A stretch of 64,000 nt of DNA, from the IMG/VR virus record IMGVR_UViG_3300045125_000040, positions 32,001 to 96,000 of that record; one strand, 5' to 3'. The notes under the pieces are model-generated. The model saw only the letters and a program-made list of their open reading frames with translations, was not told where the DNA came from and did not search any database. Numbering within the stretch: position 1 is the stretch's first letter; each line of letters opens with the position of its first letter. Source of the stretch: a virus. A program made the translations under genes and the position numbers. This document shows, one piece after another, positions 8,703 to 21,560 of the stretch.

Positions 8703-9362
8703 TTAAGGATTTATATTAACTCGTGACCTTTGTTGGCTGTTTCTTAAATTGTTTGGTTGTTGAGATACATTATTAGTTGTCCCAAAACTCTCTATAACGT
8801 ATTCAGTATAAACAAGGGAAACATTAATTCTCATTAGATTTGGATCACCCCATGAAAGAGGAATTTCTCTTATAGAGACAGGAAAACACTCAAATAGATC
8901 TATTCTTTGAATATTTCTACCAAAATGATCATAGAAGTATATTAACACGGTAGATGAATATTGATCTTTATATGAAGATGAGTATGCTGCTGTGTCATTT
9001 ACACTGGCAGAATTGAATTGGAAAATTGCACGAGTCCAGTTATACCAAAATTGCCAAAATTCACAATAATGATCGCCAAGCAAAGAGATGGTTACTTCCT
9101 GAAATTGTGCATTATATGGCTGTTTCTGCGTTGGACCAACACCATATCTACTATTATCAACCGACTGTAGGGAAATTCCAGGCGCTCTCACTTGGTCAAT
9201 ACGAAAGGACATATTTTCAGCAATATTACCGGTCGCAACAGTTCTGTTTTGCACATTATTTAAAAGAATAGGAGGAGTCTGAACATAGACATTAAACGAG
9301 TTATTATCCAGATAACCATAATTTGCTATATTTGATTTGAATTTATCAATATTGAATGGCAT
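8703..9362 (-). CDS. 54: gp54-like baseplate/tail-tube initiator
   Basis: Tube-fold-like motifs PGISL...YGVGP..PY...ECFPVSI..LSW; synteny. Confidence 0.65.
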   Translation of the reverse strand: MPFNIDKFKSNIANYGYLDNNSFNVYVQTPPILLNNVQNRTVATGNIAENMSFRIDQVRAPGISLQSVDNSRYGVGPTQKQPYNAQFQEVTISLLGDHYCEFWQFWYNWTRAIFQFNSASVNDTAAYSSSYKDQYSSTVLIYFYDHFGRNIQRIDLFECFPVSIREIPLSWGDPNLMRINVSLVYTEYVIESFGTTNNVSQQPNNLRNSQQRSRVNINP

Positions 9363-9371
9363 TGTTGTCCT

Positions 9372-9941
9372 TTAATATGGTGGTTTTCTACCAGTATAAT
9401 TTTTATTATAACTCCACTGTTCAAATGGTAATACAGCAACATATGCCCAATCTTTTGGGTCTACATAAGAAAAATTTCTACCCACAACATGACCCCATAG
9501 ATATCTTTTCACACATACTTTATATGTGGTATTTGTATAAAAACCTTTTCTAAAAATCTTTGTTGTTGGGCCATCTTTTGTGGTTCATCATATTTATCAT
9601 TGTCTTTAATAGAATCCATAAAGGCTAATATACCAAGTCTTTCATTTGGTGGTAAATAATGGAGATTTACTCCCAGAAATCCTTTATCAGTAAATTTAAT
9701 AGGAAAAACAAGAGGATATCTATCAAAGTAGGGAAGAACATCTTTATATTTGGCATCATAATTGAAGAAATACATTTGCCCTGCTACGGGGCCTTTAGTG
9801 TTTACGAACGTCTTTATGGAAGTCTTATGTCCAAAGTCCTTCACCATATTCTTAAACCAATCAGAAGCAGATTTGGATGTCTGCTTGATATTTTTGAGAA
9901 AGGTTTCTCAAAATTTTAATATATTTGTTTTCCTCTGCCAT
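9372..9941 (-). CDS. 2: DNA end protector gp2 (apparent indels)
   Basis: GQMYFFNYDAKYKDVLPYFDRYPLVFP...FLGVNLHYLPP. Confidence 0.85.
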
Positions 9942-10389
9942 CAGAATTTAACTCCCAGTTCATTTTCCGTCATTATAATGAATTCATAGCCTCTATCTTT
10001 ACAATATTCTCTAGCGGCTTTCCATTTGGCTGAATTCACGCCCCACGTCATTACTTCATTTAGATATTTACGTGACTTCTTTTTTAGCCTCTGTTATAAC
10101 AGGAGGTTGTGTTTGTTTGAATGGTTTTATTTCGACCAGTATTGTCTTGGACCCTGTTTTTGTTTTATATTTCACAGTAAAATCAACGAAGTATCTGTGT
10201 ATTCTTTGGTCTACCGGAGACCTATAAGGAATTACAGTTTCTTCGCTTTGCCACCATATAACTGTGGGGTCCGTATCCAGAACATGCATATTACCTATAC
10301 TCCCACCAACTACGATAAATTATGTTGGTAGGGTCTCCTTTGTATTTGTCTGGATTTATTGGTTTATATATGCCTTTGTATGTCGCCAT
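9941..10389 (-). CDS. 4: head completion nuclease gp4 (apparent indels)
   Basis: YKG.YKP.NP.KYKGDPTNIIYRS.WE; SEE..IPYRSPVD..HRYFVDF; EIKP; NSAKWKAA. Confidence 0.9.
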
Positions 10390-10441
10390 CTTATTTTTTG
10401 TGATAAATAATAATATATTTATCTTTATAAAGCAGGAGAAA

Positions 10442-11176
10442 ATGGCTGCACCTAATTTTCCATCAAAGCCACAAAGAGGGTTTGATAGTATGTCATTCCC
10501 GGAGATCTTGCTACGGGTCAAAGACAGTTTTATACATCAATTACCTTTATGGATTACAACTTTGATCTTCAAACATTAACGGCTGGTGGTGCTGGTGGGG
10601 GAGCGGCTATCAAACTTCCTATGCCAAGACGATTAAATGATGCTGAAAATATAATATGGGAAGAATGGTCTGGAAAAGATGTTATAATTGGTGGAGCACA
10701 AAGTTTAGCTTCTTTGGCTGGTATTCCTGCAAGTTTAGTATCAGGAATTACAACAGTTACAGAAGGAGCATCAATTGCCACAGGTCGGGCTTTAAATCCT
10801 TTTCAATATATGATGTTCAAAAGACCCCAATTCAAAGAACATACTTTAAGCTGGACCCTGACGCCAAACAGTCCGAGAGAGTCTGACACTTTAATAAAGA
10901 ATTATTAATAAATGTAAAAAGGCAGCATTACCATCTACTACTGGTAGTGTATTTTTAATGAAATATCCTCAAATAGCTCAAGTTGTATTAAAAGCAGCTG
11001 GTGGTGATAGATATTTGTACAAATTTAAACCATGTGCCATAATATCTGTTCAAGTAGAACATACCGCAGCTGGTATGCCATCATTTTTTAATAGTGGTGC
11101 TCCTACAGTGGTCAATTTAACACTTCAGTTGAAAGAAATTCAATTGTGGAAATCAGAAGATATTCAGGAACAATAA
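10442..11176 (+). CDS. 48: baseplate tail-tube cap gp48 (apparent indels)
   Basis: I.LPMP, ALNPFQYMMFKRPQFKEHTLSWTLTP.S..ES, LTLQLKEI. Confidence 0.7.
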
Positions 11177-12058
11177 ATGCCAGCAAGATATTTTGAAAAA
11201 TTTCCAACTATTACATATAGTAATAATGAAGTTGTTGATATAACAAAAGAGTTGCCCTTCTGGAGAGAGTTTCGACAAATCCGTATGTATTCTATCCATA
11301 TGAAATTGATTCATATGAAAAGAGCAGATCAGTTAAGTTTTAGATATTATGATGATCAATATAAGAGTTGGATATTATACCTTTCCAATAAAATAGTTGA
11401 TCCGTATTATGAATGGTATATGCATGAAAATGAATTTGTAGATTTTATAACAAAAAAATATGGATCTTATTATGATGCTCAGAACAAAAATAAAACATTA
11501 TGTAAATGATTGGGCACCATCAGAAGATATTAGTGTTAGTAGTTATAATGCATTAACTCCAGGAATGAAAAATTATTGGGAAGCAGTTTTAGGTCAAGGT
11601 AACGTTCCTATAAGATATAAGAGAAAACAGGTAAACTGGCAAGTTAATACTAATAAAGTTATACAAATATACTGTTTCTAATGCTAATTCATTCATCAAC
11701 AATGAAATATGCCACGTAGTATTCAGTCAATATGCAAACGGCCAAGGACAAGTTTTTGCTGCTTCTAATAATAAAATTCATTTACAGCACGTTTCAGGTG
11801 ATTTTTATGTAAGCAATACTGTTAGTATTACGGCATCCAGCTACATTTATGGTACTGAAAGTAAAGCAAATGTGTTATTTACAGATGTAATGTCGGTTGC
11901 TAATAATATTCAAGAAGAAGAACTTATATATTGGAAAAGGTCTTACTTACCTTGAATATGAAACAGAAAGAAACGAATTCAATAAGAGCGTAAGAGTTCT
12001 TGATAGTAATCTTAAACAAACTATGGTAGACAATTTAACAGACCTTATGAGTGAATAA
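11177..12058 (+). CDS. 53: baseplate wedge gp53 (apparent indels)
   Basis: YFEKFPTITY, RADQLS..YY, NKIVDPYYEW, YE...NE.NKSVRVL. Confidence 0.8.
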
Positions 12059-13320
12059 TGACAGGAAGAGTTAAAATTGAATCTATAAAAGTAGGAGATA
12101 TTGATGCAACGAGTCAAAACTCTCCTATGGCTGGATTTAATATCTATGAAGACATACTTAATCCATATGGCCCATTAGCAGAAATAAGATTGATTGATCC
12201 AACAGATCAGCTTGGTAAAAATATGCTAAATGGGTCGTATGATAAAGACGTTGAAATAAAGTTTGGTCCAGATGATAGTGGTTCTGGTGGTACAGGTGGA
12301 AGAACAACTTTAAAATTAAAGATGTATCAAAATAGAAATCTTAATGATCAATCTATAAACAATACAGGATCGGGTCATCACAAACAATATGATATAAGAG
12401 CAGTTGCACCAGAATTTTTACATGCACAAAGGTAATTTCGTTGAAAAGAGTTTTAATGATAAAACGAGCAAGGTTGTTGAACATATTTTGAAAAAAGGTT
12501 TCAAAACAAAAAGACAGATTGAGCTTGGTGAAACCAAAGGTAAAAAGACGAATTGTGATTTCAAGAAAACATCCTATGGATGCGTTGAAACAGGTTCAGT
12601 CAGAACACGTATCTGAAAAATATAAATCTTCTACATTTGCTCTTTTTCAACAAGGAAATAAAAGTGGTGAACACAAATATGTGTTTAAAACATTTGAAGA
12701 ATTATTTGAACAACAACCTGTTGTTAAAATTAAGACAAACTACTAATTTGAATTTTGAATCATCTGCAAAAGAAAAACAAAATTCTATTATGTGGTTCAA
12801 ACCATCCAAGAATTTTGATTCTGGTCCAAGAGCTTTGAACAAACCGGCGGAATACGCTTTTGATCATACAACACATAAAGTAATTGCCACGAAAGGCAAT
12901 GAAGCAGAAAAATTTAAGTTCGCTGATAAACAAGGAGTTTATGAAAAGACTCCTTCATATGTAGAAGATCATCCAAGTGTATTAAGATATGCACATGATA
13001 AAGCTAATAATAAAGATAAGCATGAAACTTCAAAAGCTATGACAGATAGAGCGGCATTTCTTTCTCATTTGGCTCAGAATTCCGCAGAACTTGAAGTATA
13101 TTACAATCCTGAAATAACTCTTGGCTCTGATGATTGAAATTGAAATACCCAAGAAAGTTAGTAAAACAGAAGGGCGAAGGCGAAACACAATTTAATGGAA
13201 AGTGTTTAGTTGTAGCTATACGAACAAAGTATAGAGTTGCAGGCGGAACCACCAAATTGTACAATGATATTGAGAGTCGTAAAAGCTTCATATAAGCAGG
13301 GGAGTGAAAGTAGTGGCTGA
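12058..13320 (+). CDS. baseplate hub protein, gp27-like (apparent indels)
   Basis: FNIYEDIL..P...RLID N-terminus and NGKCLVVAIR C-terminus; lies between gp53 and gp5. Confidence 0.55.
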
Positions 13321-13324
13321 TGAC

Positions 13325-13747
13325 ATGTTTGGACATCTTGTTATAGGTGAAGTAAGAAAATTCAAAGAAGATCCTACTAAATCTGGTAGATGTAAAGTAA
13401 GACTTTATAATCATCAGAATGATGAACAGGAAGTAAAGGATGATGATTTACCTTGGGCAAGCGTATTGCATCCAGTAACTTCTCCTGCGACATCTAAAGT
13501 TGGTATTTCACCATCTGGTTTAAAAGTCGGTTCAAGAGTTTTATGTTGTTTTCTTCCAGATGATACTGCAAAGCAGTATCCTATTATTTTAGGTGCATTA
13601 GCTCGTGGTGATAAACCCGAAGGCAATGAAAAAAGTAATGGTGGAGTATCTAAGGAAACACAAGATGCTCAAAAAAATTCTGGCGGTAAAATAAAAACTG
13701 CTGGTCCTGATAATCCTGCAAGTGATGGTGAGACACAGAATGGGTGA
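13325..13747 (+). CDS. 5: gp5 N-terminal OB-fold as a stand-alone ORF
   Basis: DPTKSGRCKVR, DDLPWA, GLKVGSRV..F, YPIILG. Confidence 0.8.
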   Translation: MFGHLVIGEVRKFKEDPTKSGRCKVRLYNHQNDEQEVKDDDLPWASVLHPVTSPATSKVGISPSGLKVGSRVLCCFLPDDTAKQYPIILGALARGDKPEGNEKSNGGVSKETQDAQKNSGGKIKTAGPDNPASDGETQNG

Positions 13748-15236
13748 AGACGCTTTTAAAGAACAAGGCAAAAAGAACATCTTTCATCATAAGAATGTTC
13801 TTGAACAAGAAAAGCCTAAACTAAAAGATCCAAAGTATGCAGATGCTCCTTTTGTCGATGCAGACCAAGGTAAAAAAGTTGATGATATTAGAGAAAAATT
13901 AGCAAAAAATGCTGAAAAACCAACATCAGCTTCTGCTGATAAAAAGGATGATCAACTTCCACAAATAATGCAAAAAGTTGATCCTCAGAAAAAGCTCAAG
14001 TTATTCCTGAGATGTATCAGCAAATGCAGCAGCTTAAAAATATACTAAATGCTGGCGCTGCATCTGGTGGAGGTGGTGGTGGTGGAGGTCAACAACAAAA
14101 TGATCAGGAAATCCTATTGTAGGAAATTCTGTCGTAACTAGTGTTTTAGATGATGCTTTAGCAGGAGCATTTGTTAATTTAAGTAAACTGACTCCTTTTA
14201 CTAATGTTATTAGTATTATACTTTCTGTTTTGGATAATGGTGGATTAGCAAAGATAAATTCTTTATATCAACAGACAGTTATAAATGCAACTTTAAATTT
14301 TATCAGACTTGCATTGTATTATGGACCTAATGATATTCCTGTTACGGCTTATCAATTAGTTCCAAATGCATCAACTACCGCTACACCATATAATGTTGTT
14401 GAATATTCCTGAAGTCCCATCAATGTATGTTAGACAATGAGGTATGTTTTAGAGTCTAATCCATATCCTTCATACATTACATGGTTATCACCTGATGGTA
14501 ATACCAAATTATATACTTTAAACGAATCATATTATTATTTTGAAACATCTTCACAGGAAATATATTATACTGTTGAATCTGGTTTAACTGAAGACCTTAA
14601 AAAATATTTTGTTTATGATTTAACCATTCAGCAAATTTTTACACTAACTCCAGAAATTCTTAGTGATATTTTAGACAAATATGCTCTTATCATAGAAAAG
14701 TATAATATTGATGTAAGTCTTGGTAAAGATGTTGGTGATGGAATTGCACAAGATTCTCAGAATTTAAATAACCAAAACCAACAAGGCGGTGGTGGCGGCG
14801 GTTCTGGTATTGGTCAAATGATGGGTATGCTTCAAGGCATGTTAGGAGGTCAAATTAAAAGACCATATGCAAAACATAATGCAAAAACAATTACCAAAAT
14901 CAGTTAATGATACACAGAAAATTAATAAAAACATACAGCTGTCCACACAAGATATGGCTAATAATAAAAAAAGCCGGTGATTCTATTGAAAAAATGTTTG
15001 GTATGGATTCCAATGGCGGTCTTGGTGGAATGAACATGCAAGGAATTATGCAAGGATTTCAATCTGGGGGCGGCGGGTCTTCTGGTGGTAATTCTGGTGG
15101 TGGAGGTTCTGGTGGCGGCGGTGGTGGCGCTGGTTCTGGCGTTCCTTCAGGTCAAGGACCATATACAGGTGGGGATGTTTCTTCAAGTGGTCTTGTACAA
15201 ATTCAATCTCTATTATCATTGTTAGGCGTATCATAA
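13740..15236 (+). CDS. hypothetical hub-associated protein with Gly/Met/Gln-rich segments (apparent indels)
   Basis: ORF pieces 13722-15236 chain together; TAATG junction to the next gene. Confidence 0.5.
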
Positions 15237-16086
15237 TGGCTAATAAAGACACTAATAAAAAAATACATAAAGATGCTATTAGCAGAGATAAAGTAAATCC
15301 AAAATATGGGTTTGTTTATGGAGAATGGTTTGAATGTGGTGAGTCACCATTTTAAATATGAAAATGCAGACGAGCCAGAAAAGTTCTTTCAACAAAAAGT
15401 AACAGCATCTGGTAGCTATAAGCATACAGCATATGATAAAGATGATAAAGAACATATTGGTCAATTTGATGCGGGTGAAGTAAGAGCATATACTCAAAGG
15501 AGGTCGTTCAGATCAATTTGATGGTCATTTAGATTTGAATGCAGAACTATCAGGAAAGAGAAGAATACGGTAAAGATCATGGATTTGCATGTAAAAATGA
15601 ATCATACAATGCCGTTGGTGGACAAAGACACGTTGTATCAAAAAAGGTAAAACTACTGCTATCGCCGGTAGTTCATTAGAACATAATGTAAATTATAATG
15701 GTGCTACTACTAGTAGTCGTAATAAAGGTGATAGTTGGTCTCATACAGACGGACATACGGCTTCTTATACTACAAAATCTAATATTCAATATACGGAAGA
15801 AGAAGATTCTAGATATACCGGTGGCAATTATGATAGGTATGTTGATAAAAAATATCACGTGTATTCAAAAGATGCTTATATAGCAAATACAGATAGTACT
15901 TTTAATACTTGGTCAAAACAAGACATGACCATGCAAACTGATGCTAAAGGTAATTTTAAATCAAAAAGTGATATGACAATTGAAAGTGATTCTAAGATTA
16001 CTATTAAAGTTGGTGGATCTAGTGTGGTTATAGAAAGCGGATCAATCACTATTAAATCCTCACAGATTAAATTTGAACAAGGTTAA
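15236..16086 (+). CDS. gp5-like C-terminal beta-helix spike (apparent indels)
   Basis: Ends MTIESDSKITIKVGGSSVVIESGSITIKSSQIKFEQG (VgrG/gp5 spike tip); followed by a PAAR-like gene. Confidence 0.65.
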
Positions 16087-16093
16087 ATAGTAA

Positions 16094-16382
16094 ATGGCAT
16101 ATGCACATAGACAAGACGACCAAAGATCTTGTGGAGCCACTACAGTTGTTACCGGACAATCATTTGTTTACTATAGATGGAAAATTATGGGCAGTTGAGA
16201 ATGATGAAAACACTCATGGCGGGGGCGGATTGATAGCTTCTAAAAGTTATATTAAAATTGGTGGTAAATCTGTTATTGTTCAAAATGATAGCGCAAATCA
16301 GGACAATTTATGTCCTTCTGCCGGTGGTGAACATTGTAATCCAAAAGCTACTGGATTCAGTAGTTTAATAGACGTAGCATAG
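16094..16382 (+). CDS. PAAR-like spike-tip protein (gp5.4-like)
   Basis: AHRQDDQRSCGATT...ND.NTHGGG...CP..GEHCNP with metal-ligand His/Cys. Confidence 0.75.
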
Positions 16383-16391
16383 AGAAGATAA

Positions 16392-16831
16392 ATGGCAACT
16401 TTACCAACAAGAGCAGATACTTTAACAGGCACTAAAAAACAATTAGAATTTTTTTCTGATTTCAATAATAATTTCACTAAAACACCATATCGGCAATCAA
16501 CTTGCTAGAGTGACAAACGTTGAATCTATCAATCAGTCTTTAAGAAATCTAATCAAAAACAAATCTTGGTGAGAGGCTATTCCAGCCTTTTGTTGGTTCT
16601 GACATTTATGCGTCGTTATTTGAGAACAACACCAGTGATTACATGGATTTACTTGAAATGTTTATCACTAATACAATTAATAATAACGAACCTAGAGTAA
16701 AATTAATACAGGTAGATGTAGCACAGACATCAGGATTTAATGAAAATGAGATTGAAATAAACATACAATATTATGTTATAAATAATCCAGAATCCTGTAA
16801 CTCTTACCGTAATATTAAAAGAGTCCGCTAA
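16392..16831 (+). CDS. 25: baseplate wedge gp25 (apparent indels)
   Basis: SINQSLRNLIKTN.GERLFQP..GS, INNNEPRV. Confidence 0.85.
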
Positions 16832-18657
16832 ATGGCTAATAATTCATTAAATTTAAGTTCTTTAGATTTTGATACTTTAAAGGGAAACTTTAAAGATTAT
16901 CTAAAAAATCAATCAGTATTCAAAGATTATAATTTTGATGGATCTAATATTAATGTCCTGTTGGATATTATGGCGTATAACTCATATTTAAATTCGTTTT
17001 ATTTAAATATGGTTGCCTCAGAAATGTTTTTAGATTCTGCTCAAAAATATGAATCTGTTATTTCTCATGCTAAAGAACTTAATTACGCACCAAGAAGTGC
17101 TCATGCTGCGGTATCTAATGTATCTTTTACAGCTGAAACCATTGGTCTTAATGGTAAATTAACTGTCCCTAAAGGCACCAGATTTTTTGGTTATAACTCA
17201 AATGGTTATTATAGTTTTGTAACCGGATCAGTCCACCTCATATATTTCTGCAAACAATACATATGTTATTGATAATCTTCAAATTAATGAAGGAACTTAT
17301 TTTCAAGATTCTTTCATTATGGATTATGATAATGAAACACAAAGATTTGTTTTATCAAATCAAAATGTAGATACCACTAGCATAACAGTTACAGTCATAT
17401 GGAAGATGGTATAGGAAATACAGTTTTTACCAAAAGAGATACTCTTTTTGGTTTAAATGACAAGTCAGAAATTTATTTTTTACAGGGCGCAGAAAGTAAT
17501 AAGTATGAAGTTGTTTTTGGTGATGGTCTTTTTGGAAGAAAGCCAATAAATGGGTCTACTATTACTGTTAACTACATAGTTACAAATGGTTCTGATGGTA
17601 ATGGTGTTGATAATTTTACATTAAGTGACGATTTAGCAGCCACTAATGGCGGAACTGTTAATGTTAATGATATAACTGTTGTAACCAATTCAGAAAATGG
17701 TGCTAATCCAGGAATCATTAGAATCTATAAGATTTTCTCTGCTCCTAGATATTTCGCTACCCAACAAAGAGCCGTATCATCAGATGATTATGCTTCATTG
17801 GTTGCAACTTCAAATTTGGTGGACAAATTGAGGATGTCGTCATTTATGGTGGTCAAGAACTTGAACCAAAATTATATGGAAGAGTAATCGTATCCGTGAA
17901 GCCATCAGGTTCTACTATTGCTCCTGAATATTTAAAAACAGAAATAGTTAATTATTTACAAGATTATATTGCCCTTCCAAATCGTGTTAAAGTGTCTGAT
18001 CCTGATTATTTTTATATAAAAATAATGACAAATGTTCAGTATAATGTAAAACTTGGAAATAAAACATTACCAGAAGTATCAGGATTAGTTCTAAATGGTG
18101 TTTCAAATTTTAGTGCGAATCATTTAGAAAAATTTGGAAATGATTTTAGATATAGTCGTTTAGTAACGCATATTGATAATACAGATATAAACGTAACAAG
18201 TAATGATACTAAAGTATATCTTGTTAAAAGATTAAGTCCTGTATTAAATTATGCTACTTCTTTCGATATTCAATTTAATAATAGAGCAGAACAAGAAGGT
18301 GTATATAACGGAGTTGCTTATCCAGATGAGAGAGTTTTATCTAGTTCATCATTTACATATGTAGATTCTAATGATATTCTATGGCCACTATCTTTTCTTG
18401 AAGATGATGCTTTAGGTAATGTAATCTGTATTTACTTATGTGAATGGCAGTAAATATATTATTAACAGTAATATAGGAACTATTGATTATGTTACTGGAA
18501 GAGTAATTATTACAAACCTTAAAACATCAGAATATGTTAATAATATATCTTTATATCTTTCAACCTTAAATAAAGATATTATTGCTTCAAAAAATATGAT
18601 TTTAATTATTGATCCAAATGATGTAACAGTAAATGTAATAGAAACTGTAAAAGTAAA
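16832..18657 (+). CDS. 6: baseplate wedge gp6 (apparent indels)
   Basis: LDFDTLK..FKDYNFDGS..LLDIMAYN..EMFLDSA; FGDG.FG; APRYFATQQRAVS.DDY; GTIDY.TG. Confidence 0.9.
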
Positions 18658-20966
18658 ATGGATTTTTATATAGAAAAATATATATCTAATTTCGTACAAA
18701 ATCAGTTCCTCAATTCTATCATGAAGAGGGCGAGAACTTCATATTGTTTATGAAGGCATATTACGAATGGATGGAAGAAACAGGTAATCCAGTCAGAGAA
18801 TCAAGAGAACTCTTAGATTATAGAGATATTGATAATACTCTGGAAAATTTTTGGAATATTTTCAGAAAAAATATCTTTATGGTATTCCATTCAATGTAAT
18901 TGTCAATAAAAGATTCCTATTAAAGCATATTCTTGATGTATATCGCTCGAAAGGCACTATTCAGTGTTATAAACTTTTATTTAAATTAATCTACAACGAA
19001 GATGTGGATGTATATCTTCCTGGAAAAGACATACTAAGAGTTTCTGATGGTATATGGATACAACCAAGATATCTAGAAGTAACCAATTCAGAAAATATTT
19101 ATTCTTTACAGGGAAAACTTATTATAGGATTGTCTTCAAAAACAACAGCTGTTGTTGAAAACGTAATTGTTGAGCCTGTTAATAACAACATAGTTTATAA
19201 AATTTTTATTACAAATATATCACCAAAAGGCGGTGATTTTATTGTTGGTGAAAGAATTGTAGAAGAAGTTTATAAAGAAAATCAAACCGTTATTTCTAAA
19301 TCTCCTATTATTATGGGATCTTTAGATAGGATTGATATTTATAACAGCGGTATTGAATTTAATATTGGTGATATTCTAAAGATAGCATCTAAAGACGTTG
19401 ATACTGGAGAAAATATCTCTTTCGGTAGAGAAGGATATTTAAAAGTCATTTCTCTTTTCCGTGGTTATGGGTCTTTAAATTTTAATTTAAAGAATGGTGG
19501 ATTTGGATTTGCAGCGAATTCTAATATATTCTTATATAAAAGTCTTTTAGATACCACAGGACAAAGGTGCTGAATTTAAATTAAAATTAGCAGATACTCA
19601 GAATTTAGTTTACAATACAGATCCTTTAATTGGATATCTAGATTTAACTTTAGATGCTACTTCTTATGGATTACCAGGTAATACTTCAGCGAATCTTACA
19701 TCAAATATTGGAAGTGCATTAACTTTTGCTAATAATACTTTTGGTAGAATAGCTGCTTTAAGAAACGTAAAGACAGGAAATGGTTATATAGCTCCTGCAA
19801 ATGTTTTTGTTAGATCTGTGATAACTTCCAAGAATTTGGTTGGAACCGTAACATACAATACAACAAATAATGAAGTAACTCTGATAGGAAACAACTTTAG
19901 CAATATGTTTGCTAATAATGATGTTATGTATTTACAAGCAAATAGTTCAGATGCAAATACATTTGAATTATCCGTAATCAAACAAGTTGTTAATTCTAGT
20001 GTTATACGATTATTCAAATATCCTTCACGTAATTCCACTGCAACCGCAGTATATGGAATAGCTCCTGTTATATTACCATCTCAATTTGCAAACACTGAAA
20101 GTATTATGTATAGACTTGATGGAACTATAAATGGTAAAAATGAAACAATTATCGCTCTCAATTCTAGTGGAAATAATATTGTTGAAACAGTTACTGCTGT
20201 TAGTTCCGGTGCGGCATATGTGGACGGTGAAGATGTAATTGCTTATAGATATGGAATTTTGAATATACCTACCATTGTTAGTGGTGGTGTTGGGTATTCT
20301 AATGGTGATGCTTTAATTTTTGCAGGAGGACTGACAGATACTCCCGCCAGAGGATCAATTTTAACAAATGCTAGTGGAACTATCACTTCTGTAAATACAG
20401 CAACAGGTGCCTGGTTTGGTGGAACTGGTTATAAAGTGGTCCCTCAAGTCACTGTTAGAAGTTCAAATGGTTCAGGCGCAGTACTAACCACAAGCTTCAT
20501 TGAGTATGATACTAGCACAGAAGTAAGAGGAATTGTAAGAAAAACTGGTATAGGAAGAGGATTTGGATTCTGGGCTTCTAATGATGGTAAATTAAACGAA
20601 GACAAGTATATTCAGGACAGCTATTATTATCAAGATTATTCTTATGAGCTTCGTGCTCCTATTGCTTTAGAAAAATATAAAAATATTCTATATAATACGT
20701 TCCATTCATCTGGAAGTGAATTATTTGGAAGATATGATACTTTAATAAATGAAATCCAAAATATTCATGTTTTATATGATCAAAATACAGCAAATACGAA
20801 TCAATTTACATATTTAACCGCAGATTTATCAACTCCAGTTGTTACTTGTGATTCAGGCCGAATAAAGGTTAGTGAATACATATATGCCAATAATTATCTA
20901 GGAGTTGATATAAATACAATAAATTGTAGCAATGCTACTCTAAGGGTAGATAGAATTTACGAATAA
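18658..20966 (+). CDS. baseplate wedge initiator, gp7-like (apparent indels)
   Basis: FMKAYYEWME, YRSKGT..YKLLF, SDG.W, IQDSYYYQDYSY. Confidence 0.75.
20909..20916 (+). promoter_or_regulatory. T4-type late promoter
   Basis: TATAAATA about 60 nt before the 20978 start. Confidence 0.5.
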
Positions 20967-20977
20967 AGGGGAAAACT

Positions 20978-21560
20978 GTGACAAAACAAACAATTGGCGT
21001 AGGCACAGCAGCAAATGATGGAACCGGCGATCCTTTAAGAGACGCCATGATTAAGGTAAATGCGAATTTTACAGAATTATATACTGATGCTTTTCCATCA
21101 AATACGGTAAGTGTTCGGAAATTCATCAGTTAATGCTGTTATAAATTCTACTTCCATGGTTTTTGCGAATGCATCAAGTAGAATAAGTGTTGGGAATTCT
21201 TCAAGTAATGCGGTGACAAATTCTACCGGATTTTATACTACCCATACTATCAGCGGCGCAAATGCTACTCTGAGCACTAATACCTTTACTCTTGGAACTT
21301 CTACAGCAGCTTCTAATGGATATACTTGGCTACCAAATGGTCTTAAATTAAATTGGGGATGGATATCTGCTAATAGTACAAACGGAAATGCCACATTTAA
21401 TTCAGCCTTTGATAACTGCTTGTTATACTGTAACAGCTACAAGTAATACACCAGTTAGTACATATCAAGCTGGTGTGACCGGAACTATACTACGGTTGCA
21501 CTTATAAGAACAGCTAATGTAACGTCAACAAATGTGTTTTATATGGCAATAGGTAAATAA
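20978..21560 (+). CDS. short fibre/connector protein with a gp9/gp10-type N-terminus
   Basis: KQTIGVGTAANDGTGDPLRDAMIKVNANFTELY; C-terminal NGYTWLPNGLKLNWG fibre-tip motif. Confidence 0.65.
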
